A stretch of 64,000 bases of DNA from Minisyncoccia bacterium (GTDB lineage: Bacteria; Patescibacteriota; Minisyncoccia; Phycocordibacterales; UBA918). Each line of letters begins with the position of its first letter. The first letter of the stretch is position 1. The notes under the pieces are model-generated. The model was given only the letters and a program-made list of their open reading frames with translations. It ran no database searches and had not been told where the DNA came from. Shown piece by piece: positions 19,540 through 29,041 of this stretch. Position numbers and translations under genes: made by a program. The DNA is taken from NCBI GenBank assembly GCA_046293175.1, contig JBKBPM010000002.1:83176-147175 (forward strand), given 5' to 3'.

Positions 19540-20109
19540 TTATTTGTCGATTGATTCAGCCACCAAAAAGGTAGTTTTGTTTATTTGCGCGTCTTGAATT
19601 GATGATGCGAGTATAGAAAGTCCATAGACATCTCCCGCACGACGAGACGCAATCACGGCGGTGGTTTTTGACAGCACGCCACTTGCGAGATCAGCTGCCG
19701 CCGCTGCCGTGTCTTTGTACGGCATTACCTCAGCTTCTATCCATTCTCGCTCGAGATATCCCCGACATTGCTTGAGGGCCTGATCGTGAGAAACGATAGT
19801 CGTCACCATATCTTTAGTAACGCCCTCTGCCACCAAGAGCATATGATGAATATCAATAGCAAAAATTGTTTCAATTACACATTGGTATTTAGCGAGTGCA
19901 TGCATCGCTTCGATGACGAGCCCGCCGTTATTATTCATCACCGGAAATATGGCTTTATCAATAGCTTTTTCGGCTAGTGCACCAAGTACGGCGTCGGCGG
20001 TCACGAGTGGCACAATCGTACTATCGAACAACCCTTCCTGATTACGATAATGCTCTCCGGCCTGTTCCGAAAAGCTCCCCACCGCTCCCATGACACCAAT
20101 TTTTATCAT
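19540..20109 (-). CDS. pheA: Prephenate dehydratase domain protein (lacks an ACT regulatory domain)
   Basis: IGVMGAVGSFSEQA N-terminus and the VSHDQALKQC signature (compare SHPQALAQC); 189 aa. Confidence 0.7.
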   Translation of the reverse strand: MIKIGVMGAVGSFSEQAGEHYRNQEGLFDSTIVPLVTADAVLGALAEKAIDKAIFPVMNNNGGLVIEAMHALAKYQCVIETIFAIDIHHMLLVAEGVTKDMVTTIVSHDQALKQCRGYLEREWIEAEVMPYKDTAAAAADLASGVLSKTTAVIASRRAGDVYGLSILASSIQDAQINKTTFLVAESIDK

Positions 20110-20288
20110 CTTGGTATGGTACCACAGGCAGTTTGGTGACCAATATTAGAACACACTTTTGCCTCAAGAGAAGTGTTGGCGCAAAAATATCCTTACTATA
20201 TAATGATGGTAAGCCAACATTTCGGCAGCGCGGCTCGGCGTCAACATGAGCAGACAAATATTACACGTACAAAATAATTTTCCGTACT

Positions 20289-20561
20289 ATGAACAAAGCA
20301 GATATCATCGCAAAGGTGCACGAAGTTCTCGGTTCTACTAAGGCCGACGCAGAACGTGCAGTAGACACTGTTTTTGGCAGTATCGAGGCTGCTCTTAAGG
20401 ATGGTGATCAGGTATCAGTTGCTGGTTTCGGTATTTTCGAAGCAAAGAAGCGTGCTGCCCGCGAAGCACGTAACCCACGCACTGGTGAAACCGTAAAGGT
20501 TCCAGCTATGCGCGCTCCAAAGTTCCGCGCTGCCAAGGCTCTCAAGGATTCTGTAAAGTAA
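20289..20561 (+). CDS. hup: DNA-binding protein HU
   Basis: 90 aa; the GFGIFEAKKRAAREARNPRTGETVKVPA arm motif. Confidence 0.9.
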   Translation: MNKADIIAKVHEVLGSTKADAERAVDTVFGSIEAALKDGDQVSVAGFGIFEAKKRAAREARNPRTGETVKVPAMRAPKFRAAKALKDSVK

Positions 20562-20571
20562 TCAAAGAGTC

Positions 20572-20610
20572 AAAAAAAAATCGCATCACGTAGTGATGCG
20601 ATTTTTGTTT
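20572..20610 (+). terminator. Terminator of hup
   Basis: aaaaaaatcgcatcac-gtag-tgatgcgatttttgtttt. Confidence 0.75.
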
Positions 20611-20756
20611 TACCCATAGTTATGAAGATGTCTATCCCCCACTAATCCCCATACATATCCTCTCGCGTCAATATTTACTCTATGATAAAATATTTGTGTA
20701 GCGGAGGTAATAACGCTATGGAAGTAGTAAAAGAGTGGATCTTCACTATTTCCCAT

Positions 20757-20799
20757 CACAAAACAAAAACGCCCTTCAGCCGGGCGTTTTTGTTTTGTG
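20757..20799. terminator. Second, bidirectional terminator hairpin about 150 bp after hup
   Basis: cacaaaacaaaaacgccc-ttcagcc-gggcgtttttgttttgtg. Between the two terminators lies a 36-aa ORF with a GGAGGT RBS (MEVVKEWIFTISHHKTK...). Confidence 0.6.
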
Positions 20800-21306
20800 C
20801 TAGAATACACACCTATGGCTCACAATAATTACTATTTAGATCTTTGCGTTGATACCTTTGTAGTTAATGATAATGCCGTTTTACTTCGACTTCACGATAA
20901 ATACCATCATTGGAATGCTCCTGGAGGCCATGTTGATGCGAACGAAGATCTTAATGAAGCAGCAAAACGTGAAGTCCTAGAAGAAGTAGGTCTTGAAGTA
21001 GAACTAGTACCGCCACATGGATGGATAAAAATGGATACTGATTTTAATCAGGACTTAGTACCACCTCATTTTATAAACCGTCACCGTATTAACGATGTCC
21101 ATGAACATTCCGCTTGTGTGTTTTTTGCGGTATCTAAATCTCGAGATATTGACCCCCAATCTGAAGAAGATAAATTGAGTCAATCTCCATGCGTTTGGGT
21201 AACACTATCCGAATTAGAAGAAATGCACAAAAATGATGGTCGACTCCGATACGATACATATCGGTATGCTAAAGCAGCCCTTTTACTAATTGGAGATGGA
21301 AGTTAA
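20797..21306 (+). CDS. NUDIX hydrolase
   Basis: Nudix box GGHVDANEDLNEAAKREVLEEVGLEV. Confidence 0.75.
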   Translation: MLEYTPMAHNNYYLDLCVDTFVVNDNAVLLRLHDKYHHWNAPGGHVDANEDLNEAAKREVLEEVGLEVELVPPHGWIKMDTDFNQDLVPPHFINRHRINDVHEHSACVFFAVSKSRDIDPQSEEDKLSQSPCVWVTLSELEEMHKNDGRLRYDTYRYAKAALLLIGDGS

Positions 21307-21319
21307 TACCCGTATTCCG

Positions 21320-21770
21320 AATACATCACATCTTTAAGGTAATTTTGTAAAGCAACTTGAACATAATCCACCATATTTGCTGGTAAATTATCCAATGGAA
21401 ACCAGCTAGGGGGTCATCACATTAAATCAGCAAAATCTTTTTTCTTTTCTACCCTAACTGATTCTGCATCCTTAATTGCATTTGCTGTAATTCCTTGAGC
21501 TTTGCATAGTTACCAAAAAAATCGTATGTAACCATCGTGAGTGTATGAATTGAGACTGGGTCAGAATCTCTAAAATATATAAATGTATTGCAGCCTCAAG
21601 TTGCCTTTTCGCAGCATCGATTTTAGAAATAAAAATGATTGGTGCTCCTTTAGGCGTTTCCATATTTTTATTATAACTGGATGAGAAGAATCGGTCACTC
21701 TCATGGCTCTATTATTCGCAAGCTCATAATCTAGCTCATTCGCTCGGTTCTTACAGAACCTGTCCACTCA
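21320..21770 (-). pseudogene. Degraded, frameshifted remnant of an unidentified gene
   Basis: Several short overlapping minus-strand ORFs (21472-21663, 21570-21767) plus an in-frame C-terminal fragment ...PLDNLPANMVDYVQVALQNYLKDVMYSEYGY* read across frames. Confidence 0.35.
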
Positions 21771-22200
21771 TTCGCTTATTTGTTTCGCATGGCTCACAAA
21801 TATGCTGAATGAGTCTTGCGAAATGGGTCCCAGCCCATTTCTCACCCCACTCGCGTCACCCAATCCTCATTTCATTCCGGTCGGGTCCCCGACGCTTCGG
21901 TTCGATTCTTCACGAAAAGTGTCCCACACCTTTCTTCACTCCGCACAGCAATGTTGTCCGGGGATCCAAGTCCTTTTTCTGCCGCACCTCCCACTAGGTT
22001 GGCACACCGTCCATTCACTATGGGTGCTAGGGGAGAGCTGACGATCTGACCGGCTGATGGAGCCGTTCTAACATGCAGCACGTTACGGGGAACTTGCAGG
22101 CAGCACTACGGTGCGTGAGTCCTTCCCCCAACAGGGCCGTTCGCTCACGCGAACGGCTTATTACTTTGTCTGGGCGAGAAGAATCGGTCAGGAGTCGACT
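21684..22200. repeat. Cluster of degenerate tRNA-like fragments and dispersed AATCGGTCAC-type repeats
   Basis: gagaagaatcggtcactctcatggctc (21690) and gggcgagaagaatcggtcaggagtcgac (22165); cggttcgattcttcacg (21885). These are related to copies at 29690-29800 and to the 126-bp tandem repeat. Confidence 0.45.
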
Positions 22201-22297
22201 ATTTTTATACTCGTTTCACTCGTTAAAAATATGTCGCTCACGACCCTGCCTCGCCTCTCTCTTTTTCCGCTTCGCTCCAAAATTCACATGAGGCTCC

Positions 22298-22369
22298 GGC
22301 TTTCGATTCTTCTCACCCGCTACAAACGGCAACGGCCTAGAAACTTTCGTTTCTGGGCCGGCCGATTTG
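22298..22369. repeat. Extended inverted repeat / terminator downstream of tRNA-Gly(TCC); it contains a mirror pseudo-copy of the tRNA 3' half
   Basis: ggctttcgattcttctcacccgc + acaaacggcaacggcc-[loop]-ggccggccgatttgt, then the tRNA 3' end gcgggcgagaagaatcgaa. Confidence 0.6.
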
Positions 22370-22440
22370 TGCGGGCGAGAAGAATCGAACTCCCATCTAC
22401 TGGTTGGAAGCCAGTCATTTTACCACTAAACTACGCCCGC
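22370..22440 (-). tRNA. tRNA-Gly (anticodon TCC), no encoded CCA
   Basis: Revcomp gcgggcgtagtttagtggtaaaatgactggCTTCCAAccagtagatgggagttcgattcttctcgcccgc: 7-bp acceptor, D arm, anticodon stem actgg/ccagt with a 7-nt loop, T arm ttcgatt. Confidence 0.8.
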
Positions 22441-22446
22441 AATATT

Positions 22447-22548
22447 TTGTTGTTTTGTTTTAAAAGAGGTTTGGTGTCTGGCTTTATTTTGGAAGCCAGT
22501 TTTTCGGAAGTATCCAATACTTCCTCAATACCACTAAACTACGCCCGC
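22447..22548 (-). pseudogene. Truncated duplicate of the tRNA-Gly(TCC) 5' half (acceptor 5' strand, D arm, anticodon arm with an expanded loop; no T arm)
   Basis: Revcomp gcgggcgtagtttagtggta-[ttgaggaagtattggatacttccgaaaaa]-ctggcttccaaaataaagccag... Confidence 0.45.
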
Positions 22549-22605
22549 TTTTAAATTGTCATTCTTTTGCTACGTCAGGCAGTATACAGAATTTAGACCA
22601 TAATA

Positions 22606-23259
22606 TCAACCTAGTAACAGATCCATATAAGCTGTGATTTTCCTCGAAAGCGCTGTGCCAAAAGCACTATTCCCCTTTGCTCCAACCGTCAGATGGAGCG
22701 TTCCCCACTCATGTGTGCCGGCTCGTTTTTTGTCTTTTCCCTGCCTTCTATCGATACAAGGTGGTTGAAATTGGCCGGCCGGTATGTGGGTATGATTCGA
22801 CCAATATTCTTGGGCTTTTTTGAAGTCCGTCGTAGGATACGCATGGATTCTTGCTTTGACATGAGACAAAGGAACACCAATAACTTCTAACCACCGCAAA
22901 AATAAACCAATTACCCGCTCATCACTGTTTACCAACCGCACGATATTTTGAGTTTTACTTCCCTCACCAACATACAGAGCTATACCAGCCATAAAAATAT
23001 CTCGCTTAGATAGTTTGCCAATTTCTTTTTGAGCAATTTGTTTGGCAGTGTTGATTCTTGAAACCTTTTGCCGGTGTTTGGTCTCGGCTGATTTTCGTTG
23101 CGCTTGTTTCTTTTCCTTTTGCGTGTAGACATTTGGAGTATATGGCACAGTAGCAAGATGATACGACAACGTACTTTTGGCCAATCCGGTCTTCTCGTGA
23201 ATATACCGATAGGAATACCCTGCTTGCCGTAACTCAATAGCTTTTTGCTTAGCGTTCAT
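22606..23259 (-). CDS. HTH DNA-binding protein with a C-terminal LAGLIDADG-like / endonuclease-like region (paralog A), immediately upstream of tRNA-Gly(TCC)
   Basis: N-terminal HTH LRQAGYSYRYIHEKTGLAKSTLSYHL; FMAGIALYVGEGSK motif; clear homology across the full length to 30084-30764. Confidence 0.55.
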   Translation of the reverse strand: MNAKQKAIELRQAGYSYRYIHEKTGLAKSTLSYHLATVPYTPNVYTQKEKKQAQRKSAETKHRQKVSRINTAKQIAQKEIGKLSKRDIFMAGIALYVGEGSKTQNIVRLVNSDERVIGLFLRWLEVIGVPLSHVKARIHAYPTTDFKKAQEYWSNHTHIPAGQFQPPCIDRRQGKDKKRAGTHEWGTLHLTVGAKGNSAFGTALSRKITAYMDLLLG

Positions 23260-23331
23260 ATCGATATTATATCATGTGCAATCCATCATATTTTGTATGT
23301 TCTATTTAGAGCATGATGGTATACTACCCCT

Positions 23332-24435
23332 ATGCAGTTCATTATTGATATTTTGGTGGCCGGACTCATGGCCTACCTCTCTTTTACTAACTATCTCGCG
23401 GTCGGTATCGAGAAGCTTTTTAGTACCGACGAACCAAAGCCAGCCAAATCCGCACCAGTAGAAGAAGCCAAGACCGACACCGTCAGCACCGAACCAACAC
23501 GGCTTGAATCCATCTTTGCCCGTATCCCGGACATCCTCAAGCGTAGTGCCGAGTACCAACAGGCTACTGTCATTGAAAGCACTACCGTTGCCCCCACCCC
23601 AACCACTAATCCCGAAGCGGCAATCGTGAACATCTACTGTACCTTCGTGACCGAACGGACTATCCGTACCACCACTGGTACCGGCTTTATGGTCAGTGAA
23701 GACGGTATCATCCTCACCAATGCGCACGTCGCACAATTCCTCCTCCTTGAAGCCTCTGGTGCACTAGGCGAAAGTACCTGTACCATCCGTACCGGATCGC
23801 CAGCCTCTCCACGCTACGTGGCCGAGCTCCTCTATATTCCACCGGCATGGGTTGCGGAGCACGCATCTTTGATCGATGCCGCTTCACCCAGTGGTACTGG
23901 CGAACGAGACTACGCTCTCTTGCATATCACCAAATCAGTTGATGGTGCACCACTTCCCGCCAAGTTCACCGCCCTCCCCCTCTACGATGGCCAGCTCACT
24001 CAGCGATCGATTCGTGGTGAGGTCATTGCGGCCGGCTACCCGGCTGTCTATGCCGCCGGTGACACCGATACAAACCTGCGTACCCGCAGTGCTACCACCT
24101 CAGTCTCTGAGCTCTTCACCTTTGGTAAGCAGGATGTGGATGTACTGGCACTCCGCGGTAGTAGTATGGGGCAACAAGGTTCCTCAGGTGGACCAGTGGT
24201 TAATGCCGATGGCTACGTAATTGGGATGATTGCTACACGTGGTAATGATGAGAAGGATGGTCCCGGCAGTCTCCGCGCTATCACGATTGATCACATCAAC
24301 CGGACGATTACCGAAGAAACCAATGCGTCGTTAAACCAACACCTCAGTGGCGATATTACCTCCCGTGCCCGCATCTTTGCAACCACAATGACCCCGTTCC
24401 TCACTGAGCTACTGATAGAAGAAATCGGTCAGTAA
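23332..24435 (+). CDS. Trypsin-like (S1/HtrA-like) serine protease, membrane-anchored, no PDZ domain
   Basis: GTGFMVSEDGIILTNAHV (His), GSSGGPVVNADGYVIGMI (Ser), N-terminal TM segment. Confidence 0.75.
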   Translation: MQFIIDILVAGLMAYLSFTNYLAVGIEKLFSTDEPKPAKSAPVEEAKTDTVSTEPTRLESIFARIPDILKRSAEYQQATVIESTTVAPTPTTNPEAAIVNIYCTFVTERTIRTTTGTGFMVSEDGIILTNAHVAQFLLLEASGALGESTCTIRTGSPASPRYVAELLYIPPAWVAEHASLIDAASPSGTGERDYALLHITKSVDGAPLPAKFTALPLYDGQLTQRSIRGEVIAAGYPAVYAAGDTDTNLRTRSATTSVSELFTFGKQDVDVLALRGSSMGQQGSSGGPVVNADGYVIGMIATRGNDEKDGPGSLRAITIDHINRTITEETNASLNQHLSGDITSRARIFATTMTPFLTELLIEEIGQ

Positions 24436-24448
24436 TTGACATAACCAT

Positions 24449-24489
24449 ATACAAAAGCGGCTGATCTATAGACCAGCCGCTTTTGTATT
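24449..24489. terminator. Bidirectional terminator between the protease and the anti-sigma-like gene
   Basis: atacaaaagcggctg-atctatagac-cagccgcttttgtat. Confidence 0.7.
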
Positions 24490-24498
24490 GACTAAGTA

Positions 24499-25866
24499 TT
24501 ATTCACTAAGGGGAGTATCGATAATCACGTCTCGTGTACCGGTTGCACTATTGATTAAACCATCGGTTGTCGTCGCAGTACTTGAAGCATCAACATCGAG
24601 TGTCATCATCGCAGTATCAGGATTGAGATTCGTGAATGAAGCGAGACTCATAATTGAACGAGTGTAATCACGGGCTTCAAAAGCTGAAGCTTTGGCCACC
24701 TCTACATCGGTATCAAGTGAAGTTGAGGCCGTGAGGAGAAGGGTCTTGATTTGTGGGATAGTCAGGGTGACCTTATCACTAATACCCACATCAGTAACCG
24801 CTGGGAGAGTCTCTTCAATCTTTGTAAGGGCCGTCTCTGCTTCATTGTACGCATTAATCGCCAGAGCTCGCTCTTCTTCTGGGGTGAGCACTATTGGGAC
24901 GAAGCTTTCAATTGCGAGTGATGAACGAACATCAATATCAGTCATGAACGTAATCACTACCTGCATATCACGCCAGGTTTGGGTCAGGAATTCCTGTCCA
25001 CGAACTGCATCTTCGGTATACATAATGGTACCTTGAACAATCTTCCGCTCCACATCACCAATACGACGTTCGAGATCGGCATATTCCTGTTCGTTGACAT
25101 TGTCTTTGATACTAAGGAGGAGCTCACGACCCCGAGTAGTCTCTTGTTCAAGCTTGGCGACGAGGCGTTCGTAGGATACACCATCTGATGAAACCTGCTC
25201 AACATGCGCCTGCGCTTCATCAAGAGCCATCGCAATAGCGACGGTAGACATACCTTTGGTGGTACTGGCAGTATCACCAGCGCGGAGCGCGGCTGATTGG
25301 ACATCAAGAACTGAAACAAGGGTAAGTTCCGCAAGAGCAGCGGCATCAGCATCGATACTTCGCAGGGTAGCAATTTGACCAGCGGCTGCTACTTGATGTT
25401 CGTTTACCGCCGCAATCACACCCGCTTCAATTTCTGGCGTAAGCTTCCCTTCTTTGGCCAAGAGCCGAGCTTCGGAGATGCGACGTTCGAGTCGCTTCGT
25501 TTCCCAAGCCACTTTTTCATAACCACCAGAGGTGAGACTAGCGCGCACTTCCTCATTTACGCGCACCTTCATCGGATAGAGGACATCACCAGGCACGGCA
25601 CGTTCAGCGAGGGCTGGTACACCAACAAACACCAGCGCAAAACAACCAAGCACAAGCTGGCGATAGAGACGGGTTGGCATCGCCCACTCAATAAATGGTT
25701 CGGTAAACATCGCTCGACGAGATGATGTGGCGGTCTTTGGAGCTGGAGTCGTAATAGGGTGGTACGCCATATACGCAGTGAGTCGATCACGAAGTACGTC
25801 CTTCTCCGCCGCTGAAAGACGGATATTGGATGCTTGTTTCTTAAACTGTTCGCTAAATCGTTTCAT
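24499..25866 (-). CDS. Membrane-anchored coiled-coil protein co-transcribed with the ECF sigma factor (putative anti-sigma or regulatory partner)
   Basis: Its start lies 9 nt after the sigma gene; TM helix LVLGCFALVFVGVPALA; 455 aa. Confidence 0.4.
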   Translation of the reverse strand: MKRFSEQFKKQASNIRLSAAEKDVLRDRLTAYMAYHPITTPAPKTATSSRRAMFTEPFIEWAMPTRLYRQLVLGCFALVFVGVPALAERAVPGDVLYPMKVRVNEEVRASLTSGGYEKVAWETKRLERRISEARLLAKEGKLTPEIEAGVIAAVNEHQVAAAGQIATLRSIDADAAALAELTLVSVLDVQSAALRAGDTASTTKGMSTVAIAMALDEAQAHVEQVSSDGVSYERLVAKLEQETTRGRELLLSIKDNVNEQEYADLERRIGDVERKIVQGTIMYTEDAVRGQEFLTQTWRDMQVVITFMTDIDVRSSLAIESFVPIVLTPEEERALAINAYNEAETALTKIEETLPAVTDVGISDKVTLTIPQIKTLLLTASTSLDTDVEVAKASAFEARDYTRSIMSLASFTNLNPDTAMMTLDVDASSTATTTDGLINSATGTRDVIIDTPLSE

Positions 25867-25874
25867 TGTGTATA

Positions 25875-26456
25875 TTATTTCTTTTTCTTCTTGATTGCCA
25901 TATCGGGATTATTCCGATTTTCAATCATGTCGCGTAAGAGCTTCAGTCCTCGATGAATGCGGACCGAGACCACGTTTTCACTTTCTTCCACCAGCTCACT
26001 GATTTCTTTTGGTCCAAGCCCATCCACAAACCGGAAAAGGAGTACCTCACGGTACACATCAGGCAGGGTCGATACCAGGGTAAACGCCTGCTTCCCATCG
26101 AGGGTAGCGGCGAGCGCCTCAGTAGTATCTTCTACCAGATCAGAAAATGAGCCTTCGGTCACCCCCTCTTGGGCCAAAAGGGTATCAAGTGATTGTTCCC
26201 GCTGCTTTCGGTACTCATCAATAATGAGATTGTTGAGTACTTTGTACAAAAAAGGGCGGTACTGCTCCACTTCGTGACCATTTTTTATGTATGTCCACAC
26301 TTTTGTAAACGTGTCGTGAACCAGGTCAATAGCCCGTTCACGGTCGCTTATACGGAGTGCAGCGTGACGAAAAAGAGCGTCGTTGTATTCAGAAAACGCT
26401 TCTAAAAAGCGCTCCTCTTGGCTTCCGCTTGTCGATGTGGTTTTTGAACCCGCCAT
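25875..26456 (-). CDS. ECF-family RNA polymerase sigma-70 factor
   Basis: Region 2 (ALFRHAALRISDRERAIDLVHDTFTKVW) and region 4 (VLLFRFVDGLGPKEISELV), 193 aa. Confidence 0.8.
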   Translation of the reverse strand: MAGSKTTSTSGSQEERFLEAFSEYNDALFRHAALRISDRERAIDLVHDTFTKVWTYIKNGHEVEQYRPFLYKVLNNLIIDEYRKQREQSLDTLLAQEGVTEGSFSDLVEDTTEALAATLDGKQAFTLVSTLPDVYREVLLFRFVDGLGPKEISELVEESENVVSVRIHRGLKLLRDMIENRNNPDMAIKKKKK

Positions 26457-26581
26457 GTGGAAACCATTATATATGTAGACGGCGTCCCTGCCTAATACTT
26501 ACGGGGAACTAGTGAGTTTTCCACAGGTTCCACATTCAACCACAATGATTGAAATTTGCAAGTATTTTTCGTCTACATTCC

Positions 26582-27514
26582 TTAAAACCACCCTTTCTTC
26601 TGGAAAAACCACACCAAAACAGCGAGGATAACCCCATTGGCCGCCAAGATATAGAAAAAGGCAAACGGCGAATCCTGAAGCGGCAAGTTGATGTTCATTC
26701 CGTAAAACGACGCAATCACCAGCGGTACAGTAAGGAGAATGGTAAGGACGGTGAGAATACTCAAAGAATTATTAAGCCGACTGGTCATAATCGCCTCAAT
26801 GCCCCCGCGCATATTTTGAATAGTCTTGAGGATAGATCGCGCCTGTTCCACCACCTGATTGTTCGCAATGATAATGTCCTCCATATCATCAATATCATCG
26901 GCAAAAAGTTGCATGTAGTTTCCTTTTGGTACCTGCTGGAGCCAGGCGTTGGTGGGCACTAGAGCATCCACCATACTATTAAGCCTCGATTCGTATTGCA
27001 CGAGACGTTCAATCCCCTTCATTCCAATCTTCGTGAGGCGTACGCGCTCCTTTTGCACCGCTTTACGCAGTTTAATCAGTTCACTATCGTAGGCCTGGGT
27101 CAGTGCTTCCACCATCAAAATAAATAATTTGGCTTTCTGGGTAGTCACCACCGCCTCTTTACCACACAAAAATCGCTCGAGGAACGGGACGGGACGGAGT
27201 GCCATCGTGAGTACAAACGATTCCCCCATGATAATGAGGAGTGGCGCAGTTTCACTATCTTCTTTAATCTCCCGATAAGGGTAGCGGGTAAAGAAATACG
27301 TGCCACCATCAGATTTTTCAAGGCGCGGCACCTCAAAGAAGTCCTCAGCATCTTCCATAATATCCTCATCAAGCCCAAAATCAGCCTGCAATTTCTTGAT
27401 CTCTTCAGTTGTTGGCGATTCAGCATGAACCCACACTCCCGTCCGCACGGCGTCGAGCTTCTTTAGTTCAGTGTCTTTAATCGTGCGAAAATAGTACGTA
27501 ATCATCACCATCAC
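26582..27514 (-). CDS. corA: CorA-family Mg2+/Co2+ transporter
   Basis: The YGMNINLP signature (GMN motif) and two C-terminal TM helices. Confidence 0.8.
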   Translation of the reverse strand: MMVMITYYFRTIKDTELKKLDAVRTGVWVHAESPTTEEIKKLQADFGLDEDIMEDAEDFFEVPRLEKSDGGTYFFTRYPYREIKEDSETAPLLIIMGESFVLTMALRPVPFLERFLCGKEAVVTTQKAKLFILMVEALTQAYDSELIKLRKAVQKERVRLTKIGMKGIERLVQYESRLNSMVDALVPTNAWLQQVPKGNYMQLFADDIDDMEDIIIANNQVVEQARSILKTIQNMRGGIEAIMTSRLNNSLSILTVLTILLTVPLVIASFYGMNINLPLQDSPFAFFYILAANGVILAVLVWFFQKKGWF

Positions 27515-27640
27515 AATACCCTACTCAACCATTTTTTGAAAGTATATATTTAGCGTATCTCGGTATTCAGGAAATAAGTTTAGATCTTCAACTTGATCAG
27601 CATAAATCCACCGCGCTTCACAAACCTCTCCATCATTAAA

Positions 27641-27892
27641 CTACATCTCTGTTTCCTTTGGAATAGTCACTTCGTAGGCAATCATTAGAGCATTCTTCTG
27701 TTCACTTCCTTGAAGAAATTGAGTGAGGTGTATAACATTTCCGACAACACCAATAACACCGAGCTCTTCATTAATTTCTCTTACTAAACCTTGCTTCGGA
27801 TTTTCACCAACATTTAACCTTCCGCCAGGAATTTCCCAAATTTCACGCTTTTCACGAGGATCTCTTACCACCAATACTTTGCCATCACGCAA
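27641..27892 (-). CDS. Short NUDIX-box protein (83 aa, TTG start), possibly an N-terminally truncated NUDIX hydrolase
   Basis: Nudix box GGRLNVGENPKQGLVREINEELGV. An in-frame TAA lies directly upstream, so the usual N-terminal beta strands are absent. Confidence 0.45.
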   Translation of the reverse strand: MRDGKVLVVRDPREKREIWEIPGGRLNVGENPKQGLVREINEELGVIGVVGNVIHLTQFLQGSEQKNALMIAYEVTIPKETEM

Positions 27893-27941
27893 AATAACTG
27901 CTTTTTATGCCACTTTGCCCTCAAAGTGAACTTCTTTCATG

Positions 27942-28012
27942 TCGGGGAGCCGAGAATCGAACTCGGACCATTCGGTCCCAAACCGAACACACTACCACTA
28001 TGCTACACCCCG
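27942..28012 (-). tRNA. tRNA-Pro (anticodon TGG), no encoded CCA
   Basis: Revcomp cggggtgtagcatagtggtagtgtgttcggTTTGGGAccgaatggtccgagttcgattctcggctccccga. Anticodon stem ttcgg/ccgaa; T arm ccgag-ttcgatt-ctcgg; one T-T mismatch in the acceptor stem. Confidence 0.7.
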
Positions 28013-28397
28013 ATAGTGGCCAATACTATAGCATATCAATAATAAAATGCGAGGGGTATTATCCGTGGAGTTCGATAAGTACCGCATCAATATTTTTTTC
28101 CATTGAGTTGCCGAATGGTAATGAAACATAGCCTCGGGAATCTCATCGGCTAAGGCAAATATTTTTGGTTTACCGTCTTTCTGGGCCAATGTAAGCGCTG
28201 CGCCTAGCTCAGCAAACAGCCCAGCCGTCATAATGTGCGAGAAAAATACAAACATCTGCCGCAGTAATACCTTTTAATTGTAGCTCAGCATACTTTCCTG
28301 CCTCATGAGGGTGTTCATGGTAAGACTTCACCATAGGAAGAACAGTCCGGTCATGAGTTATTTCGTGCCCGCGGTCACGCAAACAACTGCGTAACAC
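27998..28397 (-). pseudogene. Frameshifted gene remnant (two overlapping ORFs, 28209-28397 and 27998-28255) of unknown function
   Basis: The adjacent fragments ...KGITAADVCIF and FSHIMTAGLFAELGAALTLAQKDGKPKIF read as one protein split by a frameshift. Confidence 0.35.
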
Positions 28398-28486
28398 GGA
28401 CTATCTCAGTAAAATTTGAGGACCGACCAGAAACAAAACATTTCATATCACTAATCTAACATACATGTTACATGTGAAACTAATTA

Positions 28487-28997
28487 TTATGGCACCAAAG
28501 CCATCTTTAGTACCTCAAGACAACTTGTAACGGTCTTAAAACGACCATTAGCTACCTCACTTCCCTTTGCGCCCGGCCGTGCTATGCGAATCGCCTGGCC
28601 AGTGGTTATCTCCGCTACAAAAGCTTTCAAATGCTCAATGGTGACATCAATAAATACCACCTTTTCACATGAAACGCCCAAATCAAGGTAATTCTTAATG
28701 GTTTTGGCCTTACTTCCCTGTTCCACGTAGAACGTTTGATCAAAATAAGGCTCTAAACCAGAGAGTTTAAACTTACATTCCTGGACACTCCGACAACCAA
28801 ACGTCACTAAGTAGCAATTAAAACCCGCTTCTCGGACGTTCCATATGAAACTAAGTAGATCAGGATAGAGAAACCGCGAGAAGTCAGCACCGATATTCCC
28901 CCGCCATAATGCCTTGTATATAAGTCAGTTCCAAAGAATTATAAAATCGTTCGGTATCAAACAGTGTCCGATCAAAATCCAGGAAGATATGCTTCAT
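28487..28997 (-). pseudogene. HAD-superfamily hydrolase pseudogene (N-terminal fragment interrupted by a stop, then a C-terminal ORF)
   Basis: MKHIFLDFDRTLFDTERFYNSLE (HAD motif I DxDxT), then stop codons, then the ORF 28487-28807. Confidence 0.4.
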
Positions 28998-29041
28998 TTC
29001 CCATTAAAACTGGGAAAACGATCCGAATGTTGCACATGAAA

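Noticed and set aside
22447-22548. Truncated tRNA-Gly copy as an intron-containing or split functional tRNA
   Set aside because: It has no T arm and no 3' acceptor strand, and a complete tRNA-Gly(TCC) lies 7 nt away. More likely a duplication remnant.
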